A DNA stretch of 64,000 bases from Longimicrobiales bacterium. Lineage in GTDB: Bacteria; Gemmatimonadota; Gemmatimonadetes; Longimicrobiales; Gaopeijiaceae. The position numbers and the translations under genes were made by a program. Location of the stretch: positions 4,032,001 through 4,096,000 of the forward strand of contig OZ250165.1 of NCBI GenBank assembly GCA_965238005.1, read 5' to 3'. This document shows, in pieces, positions 1-10,965 of the stretch (position 1 is its first letter; every line of letters starts with the position of its first letter). Below the pieces are notes generated by a model, which searched no databases, was not told the DNA's origin, and was given only the letters and a program-made list of their open reading frames with translations.

Positions 1-1565
1 TCCGCCACCCGCTCCGCGAACACCGGATCGTAGTCCGTGACGTATGGCTGCAGCTCCTCCGCATCGTCCGCACCACCCAACTCGGCGATGCGGTTCAGGA
101 GGGCCATGCGGGGGTCCCGGGCCGTCTGCCGCCGCTCCTGGGAGATCCGGCTCAGCGCTTGCAGCAGCGGTGCCATGACCCCCCTGGGGCTCGGTATGCC
201 TTCCAGTAATCCCGCCACCGTCAGGAGGAGGAACGGGTCGTCCTGATCGAGCTGGGCGATCAGGATGGCATCGGCGTCGCGCCCGCGGAGCCGGGCGAGT
301 CCCTGCACCGCCGCCGTACGGACGTTGGGAACCGGGTCGGACGCGAGGCTCTCCAGCACGTCACCGTCACCGAGGACCGCAGCCGCTCGGGCAGCGTACA
401 CGCGGGCGAACGGGTTCGAATGTCCTACGAACCCGCCGAGGAGCGGCCCCGCCCGGCCCGGAGAGACCGTGGCGAGAGAGACGAGGGCGTGGGCCGCCCG
501 GTGCCACTCGGACGGTCCCGCCGCTTCGGCCCCGGCGGCGATGCCGGCCAGCAGTTCGATCTGCATGGCCCGGCCAGCACACGCCTGGCCCAGAAGATCC
601 AGGGCCGCCACGGCCACGTGCAGGTCGGCGTCGATGGCCGCCTCGAAAAGACGTGGACACTCCTCGGCGCCTGGAGCGCGGGCAGCGTAGCTTCGCACGG
701 CCTCGACACGAACCCGAGGCGAAGGGTCATCCAGACCTCCCACCAGAAGATCGATGCTCACGTCCGAGGAAGGCTCGCGTCCCATGGTGGTCACGGCGAG
801 CCGCCGTACGTCCGGATCGCCGTCCTCCAGAGCCGCGGCCAACGTTTCGGCCCCGGGCCTTCCAAACCAGGAAAGAGCCAGCATGGCCGTCCTGCGCACC
901 CGAGCAGAGCCGTCCGAGCCACCGGACCGGCCGAGTATGGCCAACTCCCGCAGCCTCCTCACGGTGGCCGTCGAGAGTCCCGACGGGCCGAGGCTGCGGG
1001 ACATGGACTCGAGACCCATGACGGCGCCGGTGAGGGTGGCGAGAGGTGCGTCACCTTCCCCGTCCCTGGTGAGCTGGACGAGTATCTGCTCGGCAGCGAG
1101 AGCACGCTCTGTTTCGCCGTACCGCAACCTGCCCAGGGTGCGCGCCACCACGCCCCGGACTCCGGCGTCTTCTTCACGGGAGAGGTGGGCGAAGAGCAAG
1201 TCCGCTACCCCGTCTCCGTCCAACAACAGGACCGCCTGTGCCAAGGCGTTTGCGGCTTCCGCCCGAACGCTCGGGTGAGAGGACGCCAGGAGCGGCGCAA
1301 TCAGACCGAGAGTCTCCGGTTTCTCTAGACGTCCCACGCCCCGCACGGCGATCCTCTGGATGTCCGGGCTCGCCGAGCTCAGGCCCTCCTCCAGAGGCTG
1401 GAGCCCTTCCGGGCCGGCTCCTCTGGCGTCCTCCGCGTCGAGGATGGCGGCTCGCAGCTCAACGTCGGAGCCGTCTTCACAACCGGACAGCACGATGGTC
1501 GCGGCCATGAGAAGCACGGCCAGCGCACGGCGGCCGACGGCCCCAGTGGGCCCGGCAACGCTCAC
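1..1565 (-). CDS. HEAT-repeat lipoprotein, partial (runs off the left edge); not in the ORF track
   Basis: Hand translation from GTG at 1565, which overlaps the TGA of the upstream amidohydrolase: MSVAGPTGAVGRRALAVLLMAATIVLSGCEDG (lipobox LSGC), then HEAT-like units such as PDIQRIAVRGVGRLE and HPSVRAEAANALAQ. Confidence 0.75.
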   Translation of the reverse strand, partial: MSVAGPTGAVGRRALAVLLMAATIVLSGCEDGSDVELRAAILDAEDARGAGPEGLQPLEEGLSSASPDIQRIAVRGVGRLEKPETLGLIAPLLASSHPSVRAEAANALAQAVLLLDGDGVADLLFAHLSREEDAGVRGVVARTLGRLRYGETERALAAEQILVQLTRDGEGDAPLATLTGAVMGLESMSRSLGPSGLSTATVRRLRELAILGRSGGSDGSARVRRTAMLALSWFGRPGAETLAAALEDGDPDVRRLAVTTMGREPSSDVSIDLLVGGLDDPSPRVRVEAVRSYAARAPGAEECPRLFEAAIDADLHVAVAALDLLGQACAGRAMQIELLAGIAAGAEAAGPSEWHRAAHALVSLATVSPGRAGPLLGGFVGHSNPFARVYAARAAAVLGDGDVLESLASDPVPNVRTAAVQGLARLRGRDADAILIAQLDQDDPFLLLTVAGLLEGIPSPRGVMAPLLQALSRISQERRQTARDPRMALLNRIAELGGADDAEELQPYVTDYDPVFAERVA

Positions 1566-2539
1566 AGGCCCAGCAACTCCGCGGCGTTCCCCCCGTGAAC
1601 GCGGGCCTCATCCTCGGAAGAGAGCTCCAGTTGGGCTATGGACGACTGCATCTTCTCGAGGCTCCCGATCATGTGCGGGTAGTCGCTTCCCGCCACCACG
1701 TGATCGGCTCCGGCGAAGTTCAGAGCGAGCTGCAGGCACGCCGGGTCGAAGTTCACGGTGTCGTAGTAGAATTGGCGGAGGTATTCCGTGGGAGGTCGGG
1801 AGATGTTCACGCGGCACCGCGGAAACGCCTCGAAGCCGCGATCTAGGCGCTCGGCCAAGAATGGAATCGCGCCTCCCGTATGGCAGAGCACCCAACGAAT
1901 CCCAGGGAAGCGCTCGGGAACGCCGGCGTAGATCAGGTGGGCGGTGGCCAGGGTCGTATCCATGAGAAAGCCCACCAGCGGCATGAGCATGTACTCCTCC
2001 ATGGCCTCCACCCCCACCGGATACGTCGGGTGGATGTAGATGACGGCTCCGGCCTCGTCGGCTCGTTCATAGAGCGGCCAGAAGCGCTGGTCGGCCAGCG
2101 GCACGCCACTCGCGTTGCTGAAGAGCATGACGCCCGGGAAGCCCAACTCGCCCAGCACCCGGTCCAGCTCCACGGCGGCCGCCTCGAGATTGTTCAGGGG
2201 CAGGTGGGCCAGAGCCGTGAAGCGATCGGGATGCCGGTCCCTGGCGTTCGCGAGCCCCTCGTTGATGATCGAGGCCAGCTCCGCCGCTCGATCCGGGGAT
2301 TCGATGCTCGTACCCGGCGCGGTAAAGGTGAGCACCTGCCTGTCGACGCCGGCCTCATCTAGGACCGTCCGCCGGAAGTCGATGTCCCGATGGCCGGGGA
2401 CGATGACGTTGTAATCGCCGGGAGAGTGGAGGACAGGATTCCCCTCCTGGTCCTCGGTGACCCTGAAGTTGCTGGAACCCGAGCGGATGGCGTCCAGGAA
2501 CTCCGGTGGGAAGTAATGATTGTGGAAGTCGATGATCAT
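1562..2539 (-). CDS. Amidohydrolase_2 family metal-dependent hydrolase/decarboxylase (ACMSD-like)
   Basis: N-terminal IDFHNH metal motif, IYIHP, CHTGG and GSDYPH motifs; 325 aa. Confidence 0.9.
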   Translation of the reverse strand: MIIDFHNHYFPPEFLDAIRSGSSNFRVTEDQEGNPVLHSPGDYNVIVPGHRDIDFRRTVLDEAGVDRQVLTFTAPGTSIESPDRAAELASIINEGLANARDRHPDRFTALAHLPLNNLEAAAVELDRVLGELGFPGVMLFSNASGVPLADQRFWPLYERADEAGAVIYIHPTYPVGVEAMEEYMLMPLVGFLMDTTLATAHLIYAGVPERFPGIRWVLCHTGGAIPFLAERLDRGFEAFPRCRVNISRPPTEYLRQFYYDTVNFDPACLQLALNFAGADHVVAGSDYPHMIGSLEKMQSSIAQLELSSEDEARVHGGNAAELLGL

Positions 2540-3918
2540 GCCGTGTTTTCTGGAAGTGTGCGATCAGAACGGGCCCAGAGACGGTACACCGGATAGCCGA
2601 TGGCCACCATGCCGAGACCGAGGGCGCTCTCCATTGGATCGTTGATGACCTGATTCGCCACGATAGCGAAGGCGGACGCGGCGAACAAAGCCGGCGCCCA
2701 AGGATAACCCCACGCCGAGTAGGTGCGAGTCACGCCCGGCCGGCGCCGGAGCATGAAGAGGCCGATGGCCATGAGCCCGAAGAAGATCCACTCGGTATAA
2801 ACCACTCGCGTGAAGAGAGCGCGATAGGTGCCCGTGGCCACGAGGATCGAAGCCCAGACCGCCTGCAGCACGATGGCCCGGTGCGGCGTGTGATAGCGGG
2901 GATGAAGCCCGCTCACCCATCGGAACAGCATGCCATCACGAGCCATCGCGTAGTAGACCCGCGGTCCCGACAGGACGATGCCCGCCAGGGCCCCGAAGGC
3001 GGAGAACATGACCAGGCCCGTCATGGCGGCCCCCCCCGCGTAGCCGAACACGGCCTCGGCCGCCTCCGCGGCCACCCTTTCGGAGCCGATGACGGCGTCC
3101 AAGGGCAGCACGTAGAAGTAGACGGCGTTGAGGGCGACGTAACACACGGTCACCGTGAGCACCCCCCACGCCAGCGCCTGGGGGATGGTCTTCCGCGGGT
3201 CCACGGTCTCTTCGGCGTTGTACGTCACCATGTGCCACCCGCCGAAGGCGAAGAGCCCAGCCACCAGAGCCAGGAGAAAGTCGGAGAAGGTGCCGCCTCC
3301 GAGGAGTCCGCCCGCATCGACGGCCTCGGTTCCGGCAGGCCCGAAGACGCCCGCGCCGCCCACGCCGGCAGCATCCGGCGGTGATCCCAGCGAGAAGCCC
3401 AGCGCCACCATGAGGATGATAGCCAGCACCTTGATGGCGGTGAACGCCGTCTGGAGATTGCTTCCCTGCTTCACGCCAAGGTAGTTGACGGCAGAGATGA
3501 GCAGGATCGCCGATATCGCCACGGCACGGGTGCCCACGGGACCCAGCTCGACGAGGAATCCCACGTAGAAGGCGAAGACCATCCCGATGGCCGCGATGAT
3601 CCCCGAGTGCATGGTCCAGAACATGGCCCAGCCCCAAAGGAACCCCAGCCAGCCGCCGAAAGACTCCCGGAGAAAGGCATACACGCCCCCGCTCTCGGGG
3701 AAGGTGGAAGCGAGCTCGGCCGTGACCAGGGCGCCGATGAACGTGAGCGCACCCGCCACGAGCCATACCAGAGCCGCCCCGCTGAGCGACGGAACCCGGC
3801 CGGTGACCTCCGACGGTTGAACGAAGATCGCGGTGCCGATGATGGTCCCCACCACCATGGCCGTAGCGTGGGGAAGGCGGATCGCCCGTGACAGCCCGGC
3901 CTCAGGGCGATGGCTCAT
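2536..3918 (-). CDS. APC family amino acid permease
   Basis: GTIIGTAIF (TM1) and FAFGGW (TM6) motifs; about 12 hydrophobic segments. Confidence 0.92.
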   Translation of the reverse strand: MSHRPEAGLSRAIRLPHATAMVVGTIIGTAIFVQPSEVTGRVPSLSGAALVWLVAGALTFIGALVTAELASTFPESGGVYAFLRESFGGWLGFLWGWAMFWTMHSGIIAAIGMVFAFYVGFLVELGPVGTRAVAISAILLISAVNYLGVKQGSNLQTAFTAIKVLAIILMVALGFSLGSPPDAAGVGGAGVFGPAGTEAVDAGGLLGGGTFSDFLLALVAGLFAFGGWHMVTYNAEETVDPRKTIPQALAWGVLTVTVCYVALNAVYFYVLPLDAVIGSERVAAEAAEAVFGYAGGAAMTGLVMFSAFGALAGIVLSGPRVYYAMARDGMLFRWVSGLHPRYHTPHRAIVLQAVWASILVATGTYRALFTRVVYTEWIFFGLMAIGLFMLRRRPGVTRTYSAWGYPWAPALFAASAFAIVANQVINDPMESALGLGMVAIGYPVYRLWARSDRTLPENTA

Positions 3919-3945
3919 GGCGTCGTCCGGGTTGGGACCCCGACC

Positions 3946-5202
3946 CTATCTGACCTCCGTATCCACGTCTGTCTCACCCTCCGAGCGCGCTACGATCGCC
4001 GCGCCGCAGGAATCGCTGAAGACGTTCACGGCCGTGCGGAACATGTCGAGCGGCCGGTCGATGGCGAGCATCGATCCGACGATCACGTTCACGTCGGGGC
4101 CCCGCAGGCCGATCGCCTCGAGCACGACGAAGATCACGACCAGCCCCGCCGAGGGAACCGCGGCAGCGCCCACCGAGGCCAGCAGCGCGGTCAACACCAC
4201 CACGCCCTGCTGCGCGATCGTGAGGTCGAAGCCGAGCATCTGGGCGATGAAGAGCGCACCCGCGCACTCGAAGACCGCGGTACCGTCCATGTTGACGGTG
4301 GCACCCATCGGGAGCACGAAGGACGCGACCTTGTTCGAGGTCCCCACTTTCTCCTCGACGGCGCGTATGGTGACCGGCAGGGTGGCCCCGGACGAGCTGG
4401 TCGAGAACGCGATCAGAAGCGGCTCGCGCATGTTCGCGAAGTGGATGCGCGGGGAGATCCGGCCTATAAGGATCAGCAGGATCGGTAGGCTCACCAACAG
4501 GTGGAAGGTGAGCCCACTACCGATGGTCAGGGCGTACAGCGCGAACGAGCGGAACGCGTCGAAGCCCGTGGTGCCCACCATCCGCGTGATGAGCGCGAAG
4601 ACCCCGATGGGCAGGAACTTTATGATCCCCGACGTGAGCCGCATCATCGTGTGGAAGAGCGCGTCGAAGAGCTGGATGACCGGGTCCCGAGTCTTCTCCG
4701 GCAGCGCGGAGATCGCGGCCCCGAAGACGATGCAGAAGAAGATGATCGCCAGCATGTCGGCGGCGGCCGCCGCCTGGAAGACGTTTTCCGGCACGATGTC
4801 GAGGATGAGCTCGACGGGTGAGCTGGGCGTCGCGAGCTCGGGTAGCTGTCCCTCTCCGGTCGGCGCCAGCGTGGCATCCCTTCCGGGACGGATGAGGTTG
4901 ACAAAGAACAGACCGGTCAGGGCCGCGAGCAGGCTGGAGAGCGCGTAGTAGCCGAGCGTCTTGCCGAAGAGGCGTCCGATGTCGCGACCGCCGCCCACCG
5001 ATGCCACGCCCGAGATGATCGACGTCAGCACCAGCGGCACGATGATCATCCGCAGGAGCTTCATGAAGAGGTCGCCGATCCAGCCGACCTGATCGGCCGC
5101 CGGCACGCCGAAGATGGTTCCGGTCAGAGCACCCAGGCCCATGGCGACGAGTACCTGCCAGTGAAGCTGGCGGTACCAGGGTAGGTCCGGATTGTGCTCC
5201 AT
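3946..5202 (-). CDS. Dicarboxylate/amino acid:cation symporter (DAACS, GltP-like)
   Basis: AFSTSSSGATLP, GATVNMDGTA and DMFRTAVNV signature motifs. Confidence 0.95.
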   Translation of the reverse strand: MEHNPDLPWYRQLHWQVLVAMGLGALTGTIFGVPAADQVGWIGDLFMKLLRMIIVPLVLTSIISGVASVGGGRDIGRLFGKTLGYYALSSLLAALTGLFFVNLIRPGRDATLAPTGEGQLPELATPSSPVELILDIVPENVFQAAAAADMLAIIFFCIVFGAAISALPEKTRDPVIQLFDALFHTMMRLTSGIIKFLPIGVFALITRMVGTTGFDAFRSFALYALTIGSGLTFHLLVSLPILLILIGRISPRIHFANMREPLLIAFSTSSSGATLPVTIRAVEEKVGTSNKVASFVLPMGATVNMDGTAVFECAGALFIAQMLGFDLTIAQQGVVVLTALLASVGAAAVPSAGLVVIFVVLEAIGLRGPDVNVIVGSMLAIDRPLDMFRTAVNVFSDSCGAAIVARSEGETDVDTEVR

Positions 5203-5252
5203 GGCGGTCGACCTTCAGGTTCGGGGATCCCTGGGCTTGAGGCGCTCAGTAG

Positions 5253-7397
5253 TTAGGAAACCCGCCGAAGATAGACCGTGGGAAGGACTCCCGACAGGCG
5301 GGCCGAAGCCTCCCTTGCCCGAGCCATCTCGTCCTCTACAAGCAGCCCCTCGTCGGCTCCCTCGAGAAGCCTCAGGAATCGATTATACGACTCCCGCGCC
5401 CGCTCCCTTTCGCCGGCCTGCTCCAAGGCCCGGCCCAGCTCGTAATGCCGGAGTACCTCGTAGTGGAAGTCGGGCCAGAGCACGTTCCGGAGGAGACGGC
5501 GTCCCTGCTCGGCGGTGGGTGCCCATGATGCCATGGCCGCGACAAGTCGGAAGGCGAGCGCGGCGCCCGTGCCCAACCCACCGATGGCGTCGGAGGGATC
5601 GGTGTTCACGCCCGCCGGAGTCCACCGGCCCGCCTGCGTGAGCCCGGACTGCATCCTCTCGATGGCCACCGCCGTATCCCCCCTGAGGAGCAGAACCCAG
5701 CCTCGGGAAGCAACGAGCAGGCCGGGACCCACAGACTCGAGCTCGCTGGGGGGATCATCCCCCTCGAGCTCGTCCAAGGCTGCCTCACCCCGCTGGGTGT
5801 CTCCGGCGGCCAGATAGCCCACCGCCTGGGAGAAGCGTGTCTCCCACCTCGGAAGCGAGGCCGCGGCTGCGGCGCCACCCGTCACCCTGGTCTCGAGACC
5901 GCGCGTCACCTCGGCCGCATCGATGAACCCCGCCACCGCCGGATAATCCGTGAGGTGGGCCCGTATGACCGAAGCCGGCACGACGTCCAGGCGGGCCGTG
6001 TCGGCCGCCGCCGCCATCCGGCCCGTGCTCGTCAGGAGAAGGGTCCGCACGCTCCAGAGGGTCTCCTTCCGCTCGGCGGGCACCAGAGGGATCACCGCCT
6101 CGAGCCCGCCCCTGAAGTCGGCGGGGCTACCCACGTCCACACGGTAGGAGCCCACCGCATAGGTGAATGCGGAGCCCACATCGGCCATGAGCTCCCGGGC
6201 GACGGCTACACGGGTCTCAGGGGTAAACCAGAGTGCAGTTCCGACACGCCTGAAGTCGGAGCCCCGGCGCAGGCCGGTCGCCTCGGCCATCCCCAGGTAA
6301 CGCTCGAACCGGGCCTGATCACCGAACTGCAACGCAGACTCGATGGGGTGGATCAGGCCCGCGGTCATGGTCGAGTCCAGCGCCAAGAGTCGCTCGACGG
6401 GCTCCGTCAGATCCTCGAGCCCCAACGCGTACAACGGTCGCTGATGGAAGCCGATCTCCGCCAGCAGGTGGAGAGCCTCCAGGTCGTCCGGGTACCTGGC
6501 GAGGAGGGCTCGGAGCGAGTCGGCCGTAGCGCGATCGCTCACGTCCCGACCTGCCTGCCATCGAGCCATGACAAGGCGGCGCTGGCGGGTGGGAAGCCTC
6601 TCGGCGAGCCGATGGGCGGCCTCCGTGTTGAAGGTGGCACTCTCGGTGAAGATCCCGTCCGCCCACCCGTACGTGTCGGAGAGCCGGGAGTACGCCAGAG
6701 CGAAGGTCGTGTCGGCTCGAACCGCGCGGGTGAAAGCACTGGCGGCTGCCCTCCACTGGCCTCGCCGAAAGAGGGCCTCGCCTCGAAGATAGTGGCTCAA
6801 GGCCTGGACATTGCTCGTCGTTACACCGCTGACATCGAACCCGGGCACAGCTTCTCGGGACCGCCACAGGTCTCTGATCAAGGCCTCGGACAGATCATCC
6901 ACGAGAGCAAGCACGCCGCTGGCGGACCCCTCGACCCGGGCCTCGGCTATCTGCCGGCCATCCGTTCGGTGCAGCTCGGCGGACAGCTCGAGTTCGGCCC
7001 CTCGAGCCGTGACGCTCCCTGTCAGGACGGATCCGGCATCGACGCTGCGCGCCTGCGCCAGGGCAGCGGGCAAGTCCGCACCACCCGGCCGGCCCGCATC
7101 TCTGTGGAGACGAAACACGATCCGGCTGTTGGCCGTGCGGATGGCGTCGACCTCCCCCAGGTTGATCGCCAGCAGATCGACGATCCCCTCGGCCAGGTAG
7201 TTCGCCCCCTCGCCCGAGGTCGTGAACGGCAGGACTGCCATTATCTCCGCACCCCTCGTCACCACCCCGTCCCGGTGCTTGAGCCACCAGAACGCCATGC
7301 CGAAAACGGCTACGCCGACGACGAATGCCTTGGTATATCCGGCCAACCGCGCCTCCTGGAGGAGGGCTGGCACTCGCGACCTGGTGGGTTCCTGCAT
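5253..7397 (-). CDS. Membrane-anchored TolB-N-like/TPR protein
   Basis: One TM helix, AVLPF...YLAEGIVDLL domain and TPR-like helices (ALSHYLRG...DTTFALAY). Start taken at MQEPT (7397); the track starts it at 7445. Confidence 0.7.
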   Translation of the reverse strand: MQEPTRSRVPALLQEARLAGYTKAFVVGVAVFGMAFWWLKHRDGVVTRGAEIMAVLPFTTSGEGANYLAEGIVDLLAINLGEVDAIRTANSRIVFRLHRDAGRPGGADLPAALAQARSVDAGSVLTGSVTARGAELELSAELHRTDGRQIAEARVEGSASGVLALVDDLSEALIRDLWRSREAVPGFDVSGVTTSNVQALSHYLRGEALFRRGQWRAAASAFTRAVRADTTFALAYSRLSDTYGWADGIFTESATFNTEAAHRLAERLPTRQRRLVMARWQAGRDVSDRATADSLRALLARYPDDLEALHLLAEIGFHQRPLYALGLEDLTEPVERLLALDSTMTAGLIHPIESALQFGDQARFERYLGMAEATGLRRGSDFRRVGTALWFTPETRVAVARELMADVGSAFTYAVGSYRVDVGSPADFRGGLEAVIPLVPAERKETLWSVRTLLLTSTGRMAAAADTARLDVVPASVIRAHLTDYPAVAGFIDAAEVTRGLETRVTGGAAAAASLPRWETRFSQAVGYLAAGDTQRGEAALDELEGDDPPSELESVGPGLLVASRGWVLLLRGDTAVAIERMQSGLTQAGRWTPAGVNTDPSDAIGGLGTGAALAFRLVAAMASWAPTAEQGRRLLRNVLWPDFHYEVLRHYELGRALEQAGERERARESYNRFLRLLEGADEGLLVEDEMARAREASARLSGVLPTVYLRRVS

Positions 7398-7539
7398 CCT
7401 CTTAAGGTAACCACTCTTCTCGCGGCGCTCGGAGCATCGCTGCATGTTGTCGGGTCACGCCGCTGTGACAGCCACGCGATGACGGTCGGTCCGAGGCGCA
7501 CCCCCTCCGTCATGCGCCCACATTCTCCACGGAGAGCAC

Positions 7540-9237
7540 GTGAGCCCAGCCACGCTGGCCACCCTGGCCGCCCTACCGATTCTTCTGGGCGGAGTCCTGC
7601 TAGTGGGCTTCCGCATCCCCGCCAAGTGGGCCATGCCGCTCGTGTACGTTACGGCGGTGGTCATCGCCCTGGGCGTGTGGAGCATGCCGGCGACAGACGT
7701 TGCGGCCTCCACGGTCCAGGGGCTGTTCCTCACCTTCGATCTCCTCTTGATCATCTTCGGCGCGATCCTGCTTTTGAACACCCTCGAGCGCTCGGGCGGG
7801 GTCGCCGCCATCCGCCGGAGCTTCCACGGCATCAGCGACGACCGGAGGGTCCAGGTGGTGATCATCGCCTGGCTGTTCGGCTCCTTCATCGAGGGGGCGG
7901 CGGGCTTCGGCACTCCTGCGGCGGTGGCGGCGCCCCTCATGGTGGCCATGGGCTTCCCGGCGGCCGGCGCGGTAATGATCGGCATGATGATCCAGAGCAC
8001 GCCGGTGACGTTCGGCGCGGTGGGTACGCCCATCCTGGTTGGGGTGCAAGGGGGCGTGGCCAGCCCCGAGTTCACGCTGGCCCTGACGGAGTGGGGCGCC
8101 ACCATGAACGACTACATCCGCGCCGTGACGCTCCGCGCCGCCCTCCTCCACGGGATCACGGGCACCCTCATGCCCACCATCATGGTCATGATGATGACCC
8201 GCTTCTTCGGGGAGCGGAAGTCGTGGACCGAGGGGCTCTCCGTCGTCCCCTTCGCCCTCTTCGGAGGGCTCGCCTTCACCGTGCCGTACGCCCTGACCGC
8301 GTGGCTCCTAGGGCCCGAGTTTCCGTCTCTTCTGGGGGCCTTGGTGGGATTGGCCGTGGTGTCCTTCGCCGCCCGGAAGGGCTTTTTGGTGCCGGCCGAC
8401 TCCTGGGACTTCCCCCAGCGGAGTGTGTGGCCCGCCGAGTGGTTGAGCGGCATGGAGGTCGTCTCCGAGGAGGAGGGAGAACACCCGGAGATGTCGGCTG
8501 TAAAGGCGTGGGTCCCGTACCTGCTGCTGGCCGTCCTGCTGGTCCTCAGCCGGCTTCCCTGGCTGCCACTCGGCACCGTGCTCCGGAGCGTGAGCATCGA
8601 GTGGCCCGAGATCTTCGGGACGTCGGTGAGCGCCACGACGACCCCCCTCTATCTACCGGGCACCATCCTCATCGTCGTGGTGGGGATGACCGCACTCCTG
8701 CACCGCATGAGCGGCGCGGCCCTCACGGCCGCCCTGGTGGACTCCAGCCGCGTGCTCCTGGGTGCGGGCTTCGTCCTGGTATTCACTGTCCCCATGGTAC
8801 GGGTCTACATCAACTCGGGCGTGAACGGGGCGGGCATGGCGTCCATGCCCCTGACCATGGCCGGATGGGTCGCGGACACGGTGGGGGGCATCTGGCCTCT
8901 CTTCGCAGGAGTGACCGGTGCCCTGGGTGCCTTCATCGCCGGATCCAACACGGTGAGCAACCTGATGTTCGCGGCCTTTCAGCACGGGGTCGCCACGAGC
9001 CTGGCCATCTCGAGCGCCATGGTCGTGGCGCTCCAGGCCGTGGGCGCCGCCGCCGGCAACATGATCGCAATCCACAACGTGGTGGCGGCGTCGGCGACGG
9101 TGGGGTTGCTGGGAAGGGAGGGCTCGACGCTGAGGAAGACTATAATCCCTACCGTCTACTATCTGGTGGTCATCGGGGTGTTAGGGCTGGTGGCGGTCTA
9201 CGTGCTCAGGGTGGCCGGGCCTCTCTGGGCGGGATGA
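7540..9237 (+). CDS. lctP: L-lactate permease (LctP/LldP family)
   Basis: [37 protein letters not shown] and GNMIAIHN motifs. Confidence 0.92.
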   Translation: MSPATLATLAALPILLGGVLLVGFRIPAKWAMPLVYVTAVVIALGVWSMPATDVAASTVQGLFLTFDLLLIIFGAILLLNTLERSGGVAAIRRSFHGISDDRRVQVVIIAWLFGSFIEGAAGFGTPAAVAAPLMVAMGFPAAGAVMIGMMIQSTPVTFGAVGTPILVGVQGGVASPEFTLALTEWGATMNDYIRAVTLRAALLHGITGTLMPTIMVMMMTRFFGERKSWTEGLSVVPFALFGGLAFTVPYALTAWLLGPEFPSLLGALVGLAVVSFAARKGFLVPADSWDFPQRSVWPAEWLSGMEVVSEEEGEHPEMSAVKAWVPYLLLAVLLVLSRLPWLPLGTVLRSVSIEWPEIFGTSVSATTTPLYLPGTILIVVVGMTALLHRMSGAALTAALVDSSRVLLGAGFVLVFTVPMVRVYINSGVNGAGMASMPLTMAGWVADTVGGIWPLFAGVTGALGAFIAGSNTVSNLMFAAFQHGVATSLAISSAMVVALQAVGAAAGNMIAIHNVVAASATVGLLGREGSTLRKTIIPTVYYLVVIGVLGLVAVYVLRVAGPLWAG

Positions 9238-9291
9238 GCGGCTCGCGCCAGGGCCGAAGCGTCCGATCCAGGGCACCCGCGCCGGGGTGCA

Positions 9292-10626
9292 CTAGCTCAG
9301 CCGGCGCACGAGCTTCTTGAGTCCGCGAGTGTAGCTCGCGTGCTCCACCTCCAGGTGGTGGCGGTAGGTCTTCTGATAGCGAACACCCCCGCTCAGGTCC
9401 TCCTCCGGCGTGCGCTTCCTCTTTTTGAGCCAGGGGTTCACAGTCCCACCACTCCAGCCCGAGGCCAGGTAGAGAGCCACTGCGCGGCATTGCCAGTGGA
9501 CGATCCCGAACTGCCCGCTATCCGGTTGGATCATGCCCACCACGAAAAGGTTGTCACGCTCCGGGTGGAAGACGTGCTTGTAGAGGATGGGCCGCCCGTC
9601 CCGCCAGTTGAGATGGCTCTCGTCCATGAAGGGGAAGGTGATAGCGTAGCCGGTGGCCCAGATGAGGAGATCGATGATCTCCGACGTCCCGTCGACGAAG
9701 TGCACCCGCTCCCCGTCCCACCGCTCGATGTCCGGCTTCGGTGTGATGGCCCCGTGCCGCACGAAGTAGGGCAAGAGGGTGTTGACGATGGGGTGGGTTT
9801 CGAAGAGCCGGTGGTCCGGCTTGGGAAGCCCCAGATCCTCTTGGCGGCCCATGACCAGCCGGAGCGAGACGTTGGCGACGATCCTCTGTATGCCCATGGG
9901 AATCCGTAAGGCATGCATCATGCTCGCCACCTGATCCGAGGGCCGTCCCCAAAGGTACTTGGGCACGTAGTGATAGCCCCTCCGGGTACTGTGGAACGCC
10001 GCCTCGGCCTTGTGTGCCGCCTCGACCACGATGTCGCACCCGGAGTTCCCGCCGCCCACCACCAGAACCCGCTTGCCGAGGAGGATCTCGGAGGCTTTGT
10101 AGTCGGCCGAGTGCATCACCCGTCCGTCGAAATGCCCGGGATACTCGGGAGTCATGGGATCGCTGTTGTGGCCGTTGGCGATCACCAGCGCGCCGTAGCG
10201 CCGCCCCTCACGACCGGCCCATATGACGTCCCAGCAGGACTCCCCGGTGGGCCCGGACGCCGGCGATGGCTCCACGCGCTCTACCTCAGCCCCGTACTCG
10301 ATGAGCGGCTCGAGCTCGAAGTGCTCGGCATAGCCTCTCAGGTAGGCGAGGATCTCCGTGTGGTGCGGGTAATCCGGATAGGAGGCCGGCATGGTGTAGT
10401 CCGGGAACTCCGTCCCGGGCTTTGACGAGATGGTGTGGGTGGATCGATACACGCGTGCCGCCGGTAGCGGGTAATTCCAGTTTCCCCCCAGATCCTCGCA
10501 GGCTTCGAGAATGTCGACCGCCAGGCCGACTTCCCGCAGGTTCCGGGCCGCCGTTAGCCCGGAGCTCCCTGCACCGATCACACAGACCCGGTCGCTCCTG
10601 TCCGAGAATTCTCCGCCTGATGACAT
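9292..10626 (-). CDS. Flavin-containing monooxygenase (FMO family)
   Basis: GAGSSG FAD motif, FxGxxxHSxxY FMO motif (FDGRVMHSADY), GGGNSG NADPH motif and ATGY. Confidence 0.92.
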   Translation of the reverse strand: MSSGGEFSDRSDRVCVIGAGSSGLTAARNLREVGLAVDILEACEDLGGNWNYPLPAARVYRSTHTISSKPGTEFPDYTMPASYPDYPHHTEILAYLRGYAEHFELEPLIEYGAEVERVEPSPASGPTGESCWDVIWAGREGRRYGALVIANGHNSDPMTPEYPGHFDGRVMHSADYKASEILLGKRVLVVGGGNSGCDIVVEAAHKAEAAFHSTRRGYHYVPKYLWGRPSDQVASMMHALRIPMGIQRIVANVSLRLVMGRQEDLGLPKPDHRLFETHPIVNTLLPYFVRHGAITPKPDIERWDGERVHFVDGTSEIIDLLIWATGYAITFPFMDESHLNWRDGRPILYKHVFHPERDNLFVVGMIQPDSGQFGIVHWQCRAVALYLASGWSGGTVNPWLKKRKRTPEEDLSGGVRYQKTYRHHLEVEHASYTRGLKKLVRRLS

Positions 10627-10684
10627 GGGCGTATCTTAGTCCTTGAAGATCGCTCCGCCACCGGCCTCCTTATCGGACGACCGC

Positions 10685-10965
10685 ATAATCCCCCGGCTGT
10701 CATCGACCTGTTGCACGACGAGCTCGGTCTGGGGCCGCCCAGGCGTTCCACTGGTTCCGCGTCGACGAGACTGCGAGGGAGTTCCGGCGCATCCTGCGTC
10801 CAGGAGGATGGATCGCTCTGATCTGGAACAGCCGCCCGCCGAGCGGAACTCCGTTTCTCTGTGCCTACGAGAGCTTCCTGGAGGAGTGGGGGAACGATTA
10901 CACGGCGGTCCGCAAGACGTACGAGGTAGATGATTCCCTGCCCGGCCTCTTCGGAGCAGGCCGGG
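10685..10965 (+). pseudogene. Class I SAM-dependent methyltransferase remnant (internal deletion)
   Basis: PPAVIDLLHDELGL is joined out of frame to AAQAFHWF...REFRRILRPGGWIALIWN...TPFLCAYESFLEEWGNDY. The SAM-binding DxGxGxG region is absent. Confidence 0.65.

Noticed and set aside
5955..9320. 1121-aa plus-strand ORF
   Set aside because: Shadow frame overlapping the TPR gene (antisense) and the lactate permease (alternate frame), with Arg/Gly/Pro-rich composition typical of high-GC artefacts.
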